Assembly (NCBI GenBank): GCA_964404205.1 | Contig: CAYOJD010000001.1 | Span: 7,652 to 71,651 of the forward strand | From: an uncultured Prolixibacteraceae bacterium | GTDB lineage: Bacteria; Bacteroidota; Bacteroidia; Bacteroidales; Prolixibacteraceae | DNA length: 64,000 nt | Reading direction: 5' to 3' | Shown: positions 1 to 9,400 of the stretch, piece after piece | How positions within the stretch are numbered: position 1 is the stretch's first letter | Layout: each line of letters begins with the position of its first letter | Position numbers and translations under genes: made by a program | The notes under the pieces: model-generated | Databases searched by the model: none | The model's input: the letters and a program-made list of their open reading frames with translations, nothing else | What the model was told of the DNA's origin: nothing

Positions 1-1063
1 TCATATCGACTGGGTGGTTCAAAAAGCAGCCGAAAAGGGAATTTTCATTGGGATGTTGCCTACATGGGGCGACAAATGGAACAAGAAATGGGGCGTTGGC
101 CCGGAAATTTTCACACCCGAGAATGCCTTTGCCTATGGGAAATTTCTAGGCTCACGTTATAAAAATCAACCAAATATTATTTGGATTACTGGCGGCGACC
201 GCCCAATTGAGAACGAGTTGCAAGGACAAATTATCGATCGAATGGCACTTGGCCTTCGTGAAGGCGATAATGGAAATCATCTGATTTCGTTCCATCCATG
301 TGGTGGCGAAGGTTCATCAAAATATCTGCACAATAAAGCCTGGCTCGATTTTAATATGCGTCAGAATGGTCACAGCGACAATTTTTCTGAACGCTATTAT
401 CTTACGTACGAAGATTACCTCCATACACCCATAAAACCAATAATAGACGCCGAACCCATTTACGAAGATCATCCTGTCAATTTCAATGCCGAACAATTTG
501 GTCACTCGGTGGCTACCGATGTTCGTCGCCCCTTATACTGGGATCTTTTTGTTGGTGCTTTTGGCCATACCTACGGTCATCATTCGGTATGGCAAATGTG
601 GTCACCCGAAAAGGAACCCGTAAACCGCCCACTGATGCCTTGGTATGAAGCAATTGACCAGCCCGGGGCCAGTCAAATGCTGTTTGGCCGTTTACTAATG
701 GAGTCGCGCCCGTTTCTAACCCGAGTTCCCGATAATGAAATCGTGGTGGTCGATCGGGTGAATACATCCGTTCCGGGCGCCGGGCGGTACAAGTTTGTTG
801 CCACCCGCGACAGCGAAGGCAGCTATGCGATGGTTTATGTTCCCGTTGGAAGAAGATTCAGTGTCAACATGGACAAAATTAAGGGCGACAGGGTAGTTGC
901 CTGGTGGTACAACCCGCGCAATGGCGAAAGTGTAAAAATTGGCACCTATCAGGCTTCAGGAACGGCATCCTTCATCTCGCCCGATGCCGGCGAAAACCTC
1001 GACTGGATTCTGGTACTCGACAATGCTGCTAAAAAATATCCGGCTCCGGGTACACGAAAATAG
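1..1063 (+). CDS. Glycoside hydrolase, GH140/DUF4038-like, with a C-terminal beta-domain; the 5' end lies outside the window
   Basis: The frame is open from base 2, so the gene continues upstream of the window. The sequence ([31 protein letters not shown]-terminal [12 protein letters not shown]...DWILVLD) matches my memory of DUF4038/GH140 proteins with a collagen-binding-like tail. The family call is from recognition only, not a search. Confidence 0.55.
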   Translation, partial: HIDWVVQKAAEKGIFIGMLPTWGDKWNKKWGVGPEIFTPENAFAYGKFLGSRYKNQPNIIWITGGDRPIENELQGQIIDRMALGLREGDNGNHLISFHPCGGEGSSKYLHNKAWLDFNMRQNGHSDNFSERYYLTYEDYLHTPIKPIIDAEPIYEDHPVNFNAEQFGHSVATDVRRPLYWDLFVGAFGHTYGHHSVWQMWSPEKEPVNRPLMPWYEAIDQPGASQMLFGRLLMESRPFLTRVPDNEIVVVDRVNTSVPGAGRYKFVATRDSEGSYAMVYVPVGRRFSVNMDKIKGDRVVAWWYNPRNGESVKIGTYQASGTASFISPDAGENLDWILVLDNAAKKYPAPGTRK

Positions 1064-1066
1064 ACC

Positions 1067-1879
1067 ATGAGAAGAGGAATATCAACCTACGCATACACCT
1101 GGGCTATCGGAGTTCCCGGACAGATGCCCGAAAAGCCGATGTCGATGGCCGAATTGATTGATTTGGCTGCTTCGCATCAGCTGGAATGTGTTCAAATTGC
1201 AGACAACCTTCCTCTCACGAATTTCAGCAACAGCCAATTGCTCGATATAAGGGCTTACGCGCAACAAAAAGGGGTAATTATCGAGACAGCTGCAAAAGCG
1301 TTGACTGCCGAAAATATGAAACGCTATATCGAAATTGCGTCGCTTTTAGGCTCCGATATCCTTCGTTTTGTTATCGACGGACCCGATTATCATCCGACGG
1401 CCGGTGAGGTAATCGACATAATCAATGCTTTCACCTCCACACTTCAAAAAAAACGAATTGTGCTGGCTATTGAAAACCACGACCGCTTCAAGGCCGAAAT
1501 ATTTCAACATATTATCGAAACCATCAATTCGCCTAATGTCCGAATTTGCCTCGATACGGTAAACTCTTTGGGAGCCGGCGAAAGTGTAAAAGAGGTAACC
1601 GATGCACTGTCCCGCTATACCGTAAACCTTCATCTTAAAGAGTTTACCATCCGGCGCGTCTGGCACAAAATGGGCTTTGTTGTCGAAGGAATGCCGTTGG
1701 GCGAGGGAAGCCTTCCTGTTGAGAACCTGCTGAGTAGCTTAGGTTCAACCTGTATAAGTGCCATTTTGGAACAGTGGGTCCCCCCAGAAGCGACTCTCGA
1801 AAAGACGATTGAAAAAGAGAGCATTTGGGCCGATAGGAGCATAAAGCAAATGAAAAAATGGATTCAACCGATAACATAG
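1067..1879 (+). CDS. Sugar phosphate isomerase/epimerase (xylose isomerase-like TIM barrel, AP_endonuc_2 type)
   Basis: ATG lies 3 nt after the upstream stop. The protein is 270 aa. Metal-site-like motifs are spaced as in this fold: LAIENH, CLDTVNS, HLKEF, EQW. Confidence 0.6.
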   Translation: MRRGISTYAYTWAIGVPGQMPEKPMSMAELIDLAASHQLECVQIADNLPLTNFSNSQLLDIRAYAQQKGVIIETAAKALTAENMKRYIEIASLLGSDILRFVIDGPDYHPTAGEVIDIINAFTSTLQKKRIVLAIENHDRFKAEIFQHIIETINSPNVRICLDTVNSLGAGESVKEVTDALSRYTVNLHLKEFTIRRVWHKMGFVVEGMPLGEGSLPVENLLSSLGSTCISAILEQWVPPEATLEKTIEKESIWADRSIKQMKKWIQPIT

Positions 1880-1973
1880 AAGATAAATCAAGCCGCGTGC
1901 GATAATCTCGCATATACGATTGATTATCAAAATAAAATATCATTAAGCAATAAAATAACAAATAGATAAACCG

Positions 1974-2804
1974 ATGAAAGTTAGAATTGCACTGGTGGGC
2001 GCAGGCGGGAAAATGGGAATCCGCCTGTCGCGAAACCTGATGAAAACCAACCACGAAATCTGCTATCTCGAAATCAGTCAACCAGGCATTGAGCGATTGG
2101 GCGAGCTGGGATTGCGAACATCACACGAAGATTCGTCGATTGGCACAGCCGACGTGGTGATTCTTGCCGTACCCGATACCGCGCTGGCCTCCATTTCGCA
2201 GTCGCTAATTCCCAAGATGAAAAGCGGAGCAATGGTGATGACGCTGGATCCAGCGGTTGCACGTGCCGGCCGCCTCTTTCTGCGAAACGATGTAGCCTAT
2301 TTCATTGCCCACCCTTCACATCCGTCAGTCTTTAACTGGGAAGCAACTCCAGAAGCGCGTTCAGATTACTTCGGTGGAACAATGGCCAGGCAGACTATTG
2401 TTTGTGCGCTAATGCAAGGAGGTGAGGAACAATATCTTTTGGGTGAAAAAATTGCCTCTCAGTTTTATGCTCCGGTTACAAAAGCCTTTAGGATTACGAT
2501 GGAACAAATGGCACTGCTGGAACCGGCATTGGTTGAGACACTCTCCTCATCATGCCTCGATTTGGTTCGCGAAGGCATGGAAGAGATTATTGCCCGCGGT
2601 GTACCACGTGAAGCTGCACGCGAATTTTTACTCGGCCATATCAACATTCAACTGGCTGTACTTTTTGGTGAGCTACCTGGAGCCGTTTTCTCCGATGCAG
2701 CCAACAAGGCATTGGCCAGAGGCCGAAAGACTCTTTTCAAAGAAGATTGGAAACAGATTTTTGAACCCGAAAACGTGCTCCAACAAGTAAAAGATATCAC
2801 TTAA
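1974..2804 (+). CDS. NAD(P)-binding oxidoreductase (Rossmann N-terminus, phosphogluconate-dehydrogenase-C-like helical C-terminus)
   Basis: N-terminal KVRIALVGAGGKMG dinucleotide-binding loop. 276 aa. The specific family is uncertain. Confidence 0.5.
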   Translation: MKVRIALVGAGGKMGIRLSRNLMKTNHEICYLEISQPGIERLGELGLRTSHEDSSIGTADVVILAVPDTALASISQSLIPKMKSGAMVMTLDPAVARAGRLFLRNDVAYFIAHPSHPSVFNWEATPEARSDYFGGTMARQTIVCALMQGGEEQYLLGEKIASQFYAPVTKAFRITMEQMALLEPALVETLSSSCLDLVREGMEEIIARGVPREAAREFLLGHINIQLAVLFGELPGAVFSDAANKALARGRKTLFKEDWKQIFEPENVLQQVKDIT

Positions 2805-2852
2805 CCCCAACCAGTCGAAACATATCAATTTCACCTATAGCCCGAGAACAGA

Positions 2853-3893
2853 ATGAAGAAATTAAAATTTGCCGTATTGGGATGCGGTTTCTGGTCAAAA
2901 TTTCAGATTGGCGCCTGGTCAGAAATCGACGGCGTTGAACTTGTTGCACTATACAATCGCACCCAGTCGAAGGCTGAGGCTATTGCCTTGCAATTTGGTT
3001 CGCCCAGGGTTTACAACTGTGCAGAAACACTGCTGCAAAACGAACGGCTCGATTTTGTTGAGATCATCACCGATGTCGACACCCATGCCCATTTTACCGA
3101 AATGGCTGTAAAATATGGCATCAAAAATATCATCTGCCAAAAGCCAATGGCACCCGATTTTGCCACCGCACAACGCATGGTCGTTCTTTGCCGCGATGCA
3201 GGCGTTAACCTCTTTATCCACGAAAATTATCGCTGGCAGGCACCTATCCGCCGATTCAAAGCCATACTCGATTCCGGCATCATTGGCAAACCGTTCAAAG
3301 CCCGTGTTTCATTCCTTTCAGGCTTTCCGGTGTTCGACAATCAACCCTTTTTGGCTCAACTCGATAAGTTTATCCTGACCGACATGGGCTCGCATATTTA
3401 CGATGTGGTGCGCTATCTTTTTGGAGAAGCCGAACAACTTATCTGCTTTACCCGCTCAGTCAATCAGGGAATAAAAGGTGAAGATGTGGCCGTAGCTCTG
3501 CTGGAGATGAAGAACAAGATGCCTGTTTACACCGAAATGTCGTATGCCTCTCATGTCGAACACGACTCCTTCTCGACAGTTCATCTGTTGGTCGAAGGGA
3601 GTGAAGGGTCACTGTCGCTCGGCAGCGGGTTCGAAATCAAAACAACAACCCGTAACGGAACACAGTCGGAAAAAGTTACCTTTCCCTCCTACCCGTGGGC
3701 CGACCCCGACTATATCGTTAATCACGAAAGTGGCATTCCTCTTTGCCAAAATATTCTGGCAGAAATGAATGGGCTGAACAGAGCTGAAAATAGTGCAGCC
3801 GACAATTTTGAAACCGTTAAACTGGTTTGGGCCAGCTATTATTCGGCAAAAACTGGCCTACCAATCAGAATGGCCGATTACAATGGGGAATAA
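2853..3893 (+). CDS. Gfo/Idh/MocA family oxidoreductase
   Basis: N-terminal KFAVLGCGFWSKFQ Rossmann motif. CQKPMA corresponds to the family EKP motif. 346 aa, a typical length. Confidence 0.75.
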   Translation: MKKLKFAVLGCGFWSKFQIGAWSEIDGVELVALYNRTQSKAEAIALQFGSPRVYNCAETLLQNERLDFVEIITDVDTHAHFTEMAVKYGIKNIICQKPMAPDFATAQRMVVLCRDAGVNLFIHENYRWQAPIRRFKAILDSGIIGKPFKARVSFLSGFPVFDNQPFLAQLDKFILTDMGSHIYDVVRYLFGEAEQLICFTRSVNQGIKGEDVAVALLEMKNKMPVYTEMSYASHVEHDSFSTVHLLVEGSEGSLSLGSGFEIKTTTRNGTQSEKVTFPSYPWADPDYIVNHESGIPLCQNILAEMNGLNRAENSAADNFETVKLVWASYYSAKTGLPIRMADYNGE

Positions 3894-3970
3894 AAACAAA
3901 CACGATGAAAGAAAAAAAATAGGCAGCGAAAGTTGAATCTGAAAGGTAAGTTGGTTTGAAAAAGTCTCCG

Positions 3971-5812
3971 ATGAAAGAGAAACAGGTTATTGCAGCAGGC
4001 CCGCTCACGATGGACTATCACGAAGGAACCATTCGTTATATTCGGTGGGGCGACAAGGAGATTATCAGGATGATTTTTCCTGCCGTACGCGATCACAACT
4101 GGAATACCATAGAGCCATCTTTTCTCCGCGAAGAAAAAGAGACAAGCGATTGCTCGTTCCAGATTAGATGCTCGGTAGAGTATATAAAGGGAAACATCCA
4201 TTTTTCAGCCAACTACACCATTACGGGTACCCGACAGGCGACCATCACTTTCGAAATGGACGGAGAGGCTCATTCCGATTTCCTGAAAAACAGGATCGGG
4301 ATTTGCCTTCTCCATCCGCTTACCGAATGTTCAGGCAAGCTTTGTACCATCATTCATCCCGATAATACAGAAGAACAACTCTCTTTTCCTGTTCAGATAT
4401 CGCCTCATCAACCATTTCGTAACATCGCATCGCTAAAGTGGCCCATTGACAATGATTTGTACGCTGAGTTGCATTTCGAAGGCGATATCTTCGAAACGGA
4501 AGACCACCGCAACTGGAGCGATGCCTCATATAAAACCTATTCAACACCTCTCGACCTTCCCTTTCCGGTTTTGATGAAAAAAGGGCAGAAGATTAACCAG
4601 AAAATTCGGCTAAACTTCTCGCGAGAACTTCAATTGTCAAAAGAAATATCTTCCGAAAGCCGTATCAATTTTGACCGACAGCATCGTACCTTTCCCAAAT
4701 TGGGAATGGGATCGTCGGGGAAAAAACTAACGATAAATGAGATTGCTCTTTTACGCCAGTTGGATATTGACCATTACAGGATAGAAGCTTATCTGGGTCG
4801 TCCATTATGGAAATCATCTTTATTACAGTCTATTGCAGAAGCTAAAAAGTTGGGTTGGCCTGTAGAACTGGTGCTCTTCCTTCCGGCTGATTTGTCGATG
4901 GTGATGAAACAATTTGCAGAACTGATTGCTCCGCAAGCCCAACAAATCCGATTTGTACTTTTGCTGCCCGAGACTGGATCCACGACAGATATACACCTGT
5001 TTGAAACGGCATGTCCAATCTTGAAACAGGTTTTGCCCAACGTTGCGATAGGCGCCGGAACCAATGCCTATTTCGCCGAAGTGAACCGCAACAGAATAGA
5101 TTCGGCTATTCCGGAATTCATGAGTTGGTCACTTAATCCTCAGGTCCATGCTTTTGATAACCTCTCTATGGTCGAAACTTTCGAGGCACAAAAAGCAATG
5201 ATTACTTCTACGAAGCTTATATGGCCCGGTAAAGCTGTACATCTATCACCCATAACCTTAAAACCCCGCTTTAACCCCAATGCTACCGACAAGGTTTCCT
5301 TGCCGGCACAGGATGAAATACTCCAAACGACAGACAAAAGGCAATTTACCCTTTTTGCCGCTGGCTGGACTATCGGGACCCTTTCAGCCTTAACCGAAGC
5401 AGGGGCTGATGCAGCTACTTGGTTTGAAACTTGCGGAGATAAGGGAGTTATCCCGGAAATTCCCGAATCAACCACCTGTGAAAATGTTTCTCCCATCTTT
5501 TACCTTTTCAGAAAAATCACCCGGTTTAATGCTGTGTATGCTTCGGGGGCGTCAGTCTGTAATCCGCGATATTTTAGCGCACTGAAACTTAGCAACGACA
5601 AGCGAGTGCTCATAACAATCGCCAATCTCACAGACCAAATTCAGGGTGTAAAACTCTCAGGAATAGAGGGACAATTCACCCTTACAAAGTTGACCGAAGC
5701 AAAAAGGCGTGGAGAATCGTTCCAAATTACTACTGAAAATCTCAACTTCAGCGGGAAACGAAATGAAATATTTTTTTCTCCGTTCGAGATTGTTTTTTTT
5801 GAGCAGAATTAA
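3971..5812 (+). CDS. Hypothetical protein, 614 aa, no motif I can assign
   Basis: Long uninterrupted ORF with the first ATG at 3971 (the track start at 3956 is TTG). It lies on the same strand, 77 nt after the Gfo/Idh/MocA gene. No signal peptide, nucleotide-binding loop or catalytic signature is recognisable by eye. Confidence 0.7.
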   Translation: MKEKQVIAAGPLTMDYHEGTIRYIRWGDKEIIRMIFPAVRDHNWNTIEPSFLREEKETSDCSFQIRCSVEYIKGNIHFSANYTITGTRQATITFEMDGEAHSDFLKNRIGICLLHPLTECSGKLCTIIHPDNTEEQLSFPVQISPHQPFRNIASLKWPIDNDLYAELHFEGDIFETEDHRNWSDASYKTYSTPLDLPFPVLMKKGQKINQKIRLNFSRELQLSKEISSESRINFDRQHRTFPKLGMGSSGKKLTINEIALLRQLDIDHYRIEAYLGRPLWKSSLLQSIAEAKKLGWPVELVLFLPADLSMVMKQFAELIAPQAQQIRFVLLLPETGSTTDIHLFETACPILKQVLPNVAIGAGTNAYFAEVNRNRIDSAIPEFMSWSLNPQVHAFDNLSMVETFEAQKAMITSTKLIWPGKAVHLSPITLKPRFNPNATDKVSLPAQDEILQTTDKRQFTLFAAGWTIGTLSALTEAGADAATWFETCGDKGVIPEIPESTTCENVSPIFYLFRKITRFNAVYASGASVCNPRYFSALKLSNDKRVLITIANLTDQIQGVKLSGIEGQFTLTKLTEAKRRGESFQITTENLNFSGKRNEIFFSPFEIVFFEQN

Positions 5813-6411
5813 CCAAAATCGAGTGTCAACTGCTCGTCGAAGAGCCTGAACGATTTTCGGTGAAAAGGGGTGATACCATATTGCCGAATGGCATCACGGT
5901 GTTTTTGAGTGGGATAACCCATATTCTCGCCCCAACCGTAAAAAGGGTAATCGCGATGCAAATTCTTCATATAATCGTCACGATAGGTTTTGGCCAATAC
6001 CGATGCCGCCGCGATGGAAAGATATTTCCCGTCGCCTTTCACCACAGTGGTATAAGGAACCCGACCATAAGGTTTAAACCTGTTTCCATCTACAATAATA
6101 TGTTCGGGTTGAGTAGTCAGTTGCTTCAGCGCCCGGTGCATCGAAAAGATGGAAGCATTCAGGATATTCACCTCGTCGATTTCATGGTTGTCGTACATTG
6201 CTACCGCCCATGCAACAGCCGAATGCTCGATAAGTGGCCTCAACGCGTAACGTTGTTTGTCTGTTAACTTCTTCGAGTCGTTTAATATTTCGGATTGAAA
6301 ATCGGGAGGCAATATCACTGCCGCAGCAAATACAGGCCCGGCCAGACAACCACGGCCCGCCTCATCGCAGCCGGCCTCGGCCACTCCCTCTTTCATGAAA
6401 TTGAGAAGCAT
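5809..6411 (-). CDS. rnhB: Ribonuclease HII
   Basis: GCDEAGRGCLAGPV active-site block near the N-terminus. 200 aa. Starts 7 nt downstream of the sprA stop. Confidence 0.9.
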   Translation of the reverse strand: MLLNFMKEGVAEAGCDEAGRGCLAGPVFAAAVILPPDFQSEILNDSKKLTDKQRYALRPLIEHSAVAWAVAMYDNHEIDEVNILNASIFSMHRALKQLTTQPEHIIVDGNRFKPYGRVPYTTVVKGDGKYLSIAAASVLAKTYRDDYMKNLHRDYPFYGWGENMGYPTQKHRDAIRQYGITPFHRKSFRLFDEQLTLDFG

Positions 6412-6418
6412 GATTGGG

Positions 6419-9400
6419 TTATGGCATTAAGGTGAAACGGAAACTGACCCCCACATTGGAGTTGGTAGTACGGTAAGCATTCGAGATGTAAGGGCTGTTG
6501 ACAATCCTGTCGTAGAAAAGCCTGACTACAAAAATCTCGCTCAGGTTGTAATCGGCCGAAAATTTTACCGAAAGGGCATCCTGACCCGATGTCAACTGGT
6601 TATTTCCTTCGACCAACTTACGCAAAACCGTCTTATTCTTCCCGTAAGTGAGGTCGGCACGCAGGTTCAAATCGTTGGCCAAGGTCTTCTGCGAACGTCT
6701 GGTACGGATAAAGAGCGGCAGGTTTTCGAGCCGGTAACCCAATCCCAGACTGGCCTCGTTGTTGTAAATTTCGGTAATCTGGTTATTGGTTAAACTCATC
6801 GAAATATTTCTCGACTTACGGTATTCAAGCCGTGTAGTTAAATTATTCAACCAGGTAACATCGATATCGAAAAGCGGGTTAAAAGTCTCGTTGATATTGA
6901 TGGCCGCAATGTCGCGTGACGGAAGGAAATTGTTCTGCGCATCGCGGATATAACTGAAGCCATCTTTTTCCGTCAGATAGTTTAAATTCGAAATATAGGA
7001 ACCCACGCTATAGGTCGAACGGTAGTCGTGCATGATGTTCATCGATTTCATCACATTTTTCAGCCCTTCAATCTTGTTTACCGCACCCGAGTACTGGATT
7101 CTCCAGTTGGGCAGCATAAAGCGGGCCGAAGGGAAGGGTGTTAACGGTACTTTGGCTGGATTTTTCCCGGTATAAGCCGCGAAGAATGCCGGGATAAGCA
7201 CCTCCTGCGAAGTGGGGCCATAACCACTCGGAAAGCCTGTTGACGGGTCGACCGTTCCGGGCACATACCCATAATCGGGATTGGCCACCCTGCGATTGTC
7301 GAGCCGTTCGGCAATAACCTGCCTGTTTTGCTGAAAAGTATCCCAGGCTTTCGACTGCTGCACCATCGCTTTGCCCAGCTTCTCGAACGAAGTGCCCAGC
7401 GTTATCACTGACATACTGAAATTCCCGTTGAACGACGGATTGTAAATATCCCATCCATTCTGTAAGTTGTATATCAAGTTCTCAGTCGAGTTATTCGAAT
7501 AGACCCTATTCGCCGTAATGTCAATCTTCAAATCGGGCAACGGAACCACTTTTGCGCGAATATTTAACCGGCTGGTCTTGTTCATCGCATACGATTTGTT
7601 GAGAATCGAGTCGGTCGTAATCCAATTATTTTGGGCCGCATCGATACCAAAATCATGGTCCTGATGGCCCAGGATAAACGGAATACCCGGTGCAAGCGAA
7701 CCTCCGCTTCCTCCGTTATAGCTTGTCGAACCGAAATAATTGCTGCCCGGAAGATAGCCGTTCAGCGCTGTTCCGCCATTCTCGGTATATGATATATTGA
7801 TATTGTAAACCATCATCAGGAAGCGGGCCACATAATCGACAAACTTACTTCCCGATGCAGCGGTCGATTTATCGCTTTTGGTCACTACCTCGAAACTGGC
7901 ACTCTCGCAATCGATTGACGGGGTAAAGATGATACGGTTATCATTGACCACCTGAATTTCTCCCGGTACAATTTTGCCATTTTTATCGACAACTCGCACC
8001 GTCACACTCGAAGAACCCAGTTTATGGAAGATGGCTTGCGGGGTCAGCTCTTTCAACTTCACGTTGGCCGTCACATATTTTCCCGAAGCAGGCGCACTGT
8101 TTTGCTGAGGCATTCCGCTTTGGCGGTAGCGGTTAGGCTGGCTTTCGCGCCTTCCGCGGCTAAACTCGCCATACTTCTGGTTTACCTCTCTCAAGTATGG
8201 ATTCTTGTTGTAGAGCCGGCTAAAGTCTATTTGTCCGTTCAGCTGAATTGAACGCATATTGCTAATGGTATTTCCAATCACATAATCGCTCGTGGTCTCA
8301 GGTGCCACATCCCAGTCGTAACCGGCCTGATAAATAGCCGAAGCCGATGTCCAGTCCAAACCAGGTAATTTATTGACCGGAATAGTGTAAGTAGCGTTCC
8401 AGGTATGATGATAATGGGTATTTCGCCCGCCGTCGAGAATGCTTTGCCAAATGGTGTCGCGCCGCGCTTCATATCCGGGTATATTTCTGTCCATCGACCC
8501 AAGCGGCTCGGCAATGCGCGATGAGTTGACTGCCGAAAAGTCAATTTTAAGGCTACGCGTCAAATCGTACCTGAAGTCGTAATAGCGGTTCCAGGTAAAA
8601 TCTTTTTGATACGAAACGGGCAGAATAAAATTCGGATTGGTTATGTTTCGATACTGCAACTCACTGTATATCTTATTCAAATCAGATCGGAACGAAATCT
8701 GCGCCGGCGAGTAATAGAAGTTAAAGTCGCGTATAAGGCTTAACGCTTTGGGTTTCAGAAACGCCACATTCTTAAACGGATCGACAGCCTTGGGGCGGTT
8801 CACAAAATTGTAGGTAAACAGCGCACGATTGGTTTTGGTCATCTCGATGGCCGTATTGACATCGCCGTGACTGATTTCGTTGTAGGCATACGAAAGTGTG
8901 AAATTCGATACATCGTAGAACTTCGGTTCGCCCGATTTATTGGGTTTATCAATCTGGATATTGGTAAAGTTAATGCTTTTACGCGAAGTCCAGTCAAGCG
9001 AGATGCGCTTGATGGAGTCGCGTTCGGCCTCTGTCTCGGCAGCTTCGAGCGCATCATCAAGTTTCACATCTTCGTCCAACGGAGAATATTCTGGCTTGGC
9101 CACTATTTTCGAGAAACTCATGTACATCGGTATCCTCACACCCGACTCGGGTTTGAAGAACTTACCCAGTTCGAGGTTGGTCGAAACATCATATTCATGC
9201 GTATCTTCCATCGCACGGTTGGCCATTTTCGAATCGATATCGCCAAAGCCCGAAGTGATAATCCTTCCGGAAAACGAATAGGTCCCCAAATCGGCAAGGT
9301 TACCGCTCACACGGCCAATAGCGGCCCAACCCCCTTTTTCCTCGAAGTCGGTCAACCGCAGCTCATTCACCCAAATCTCGGCCGAACGAGCCGAAACGAC

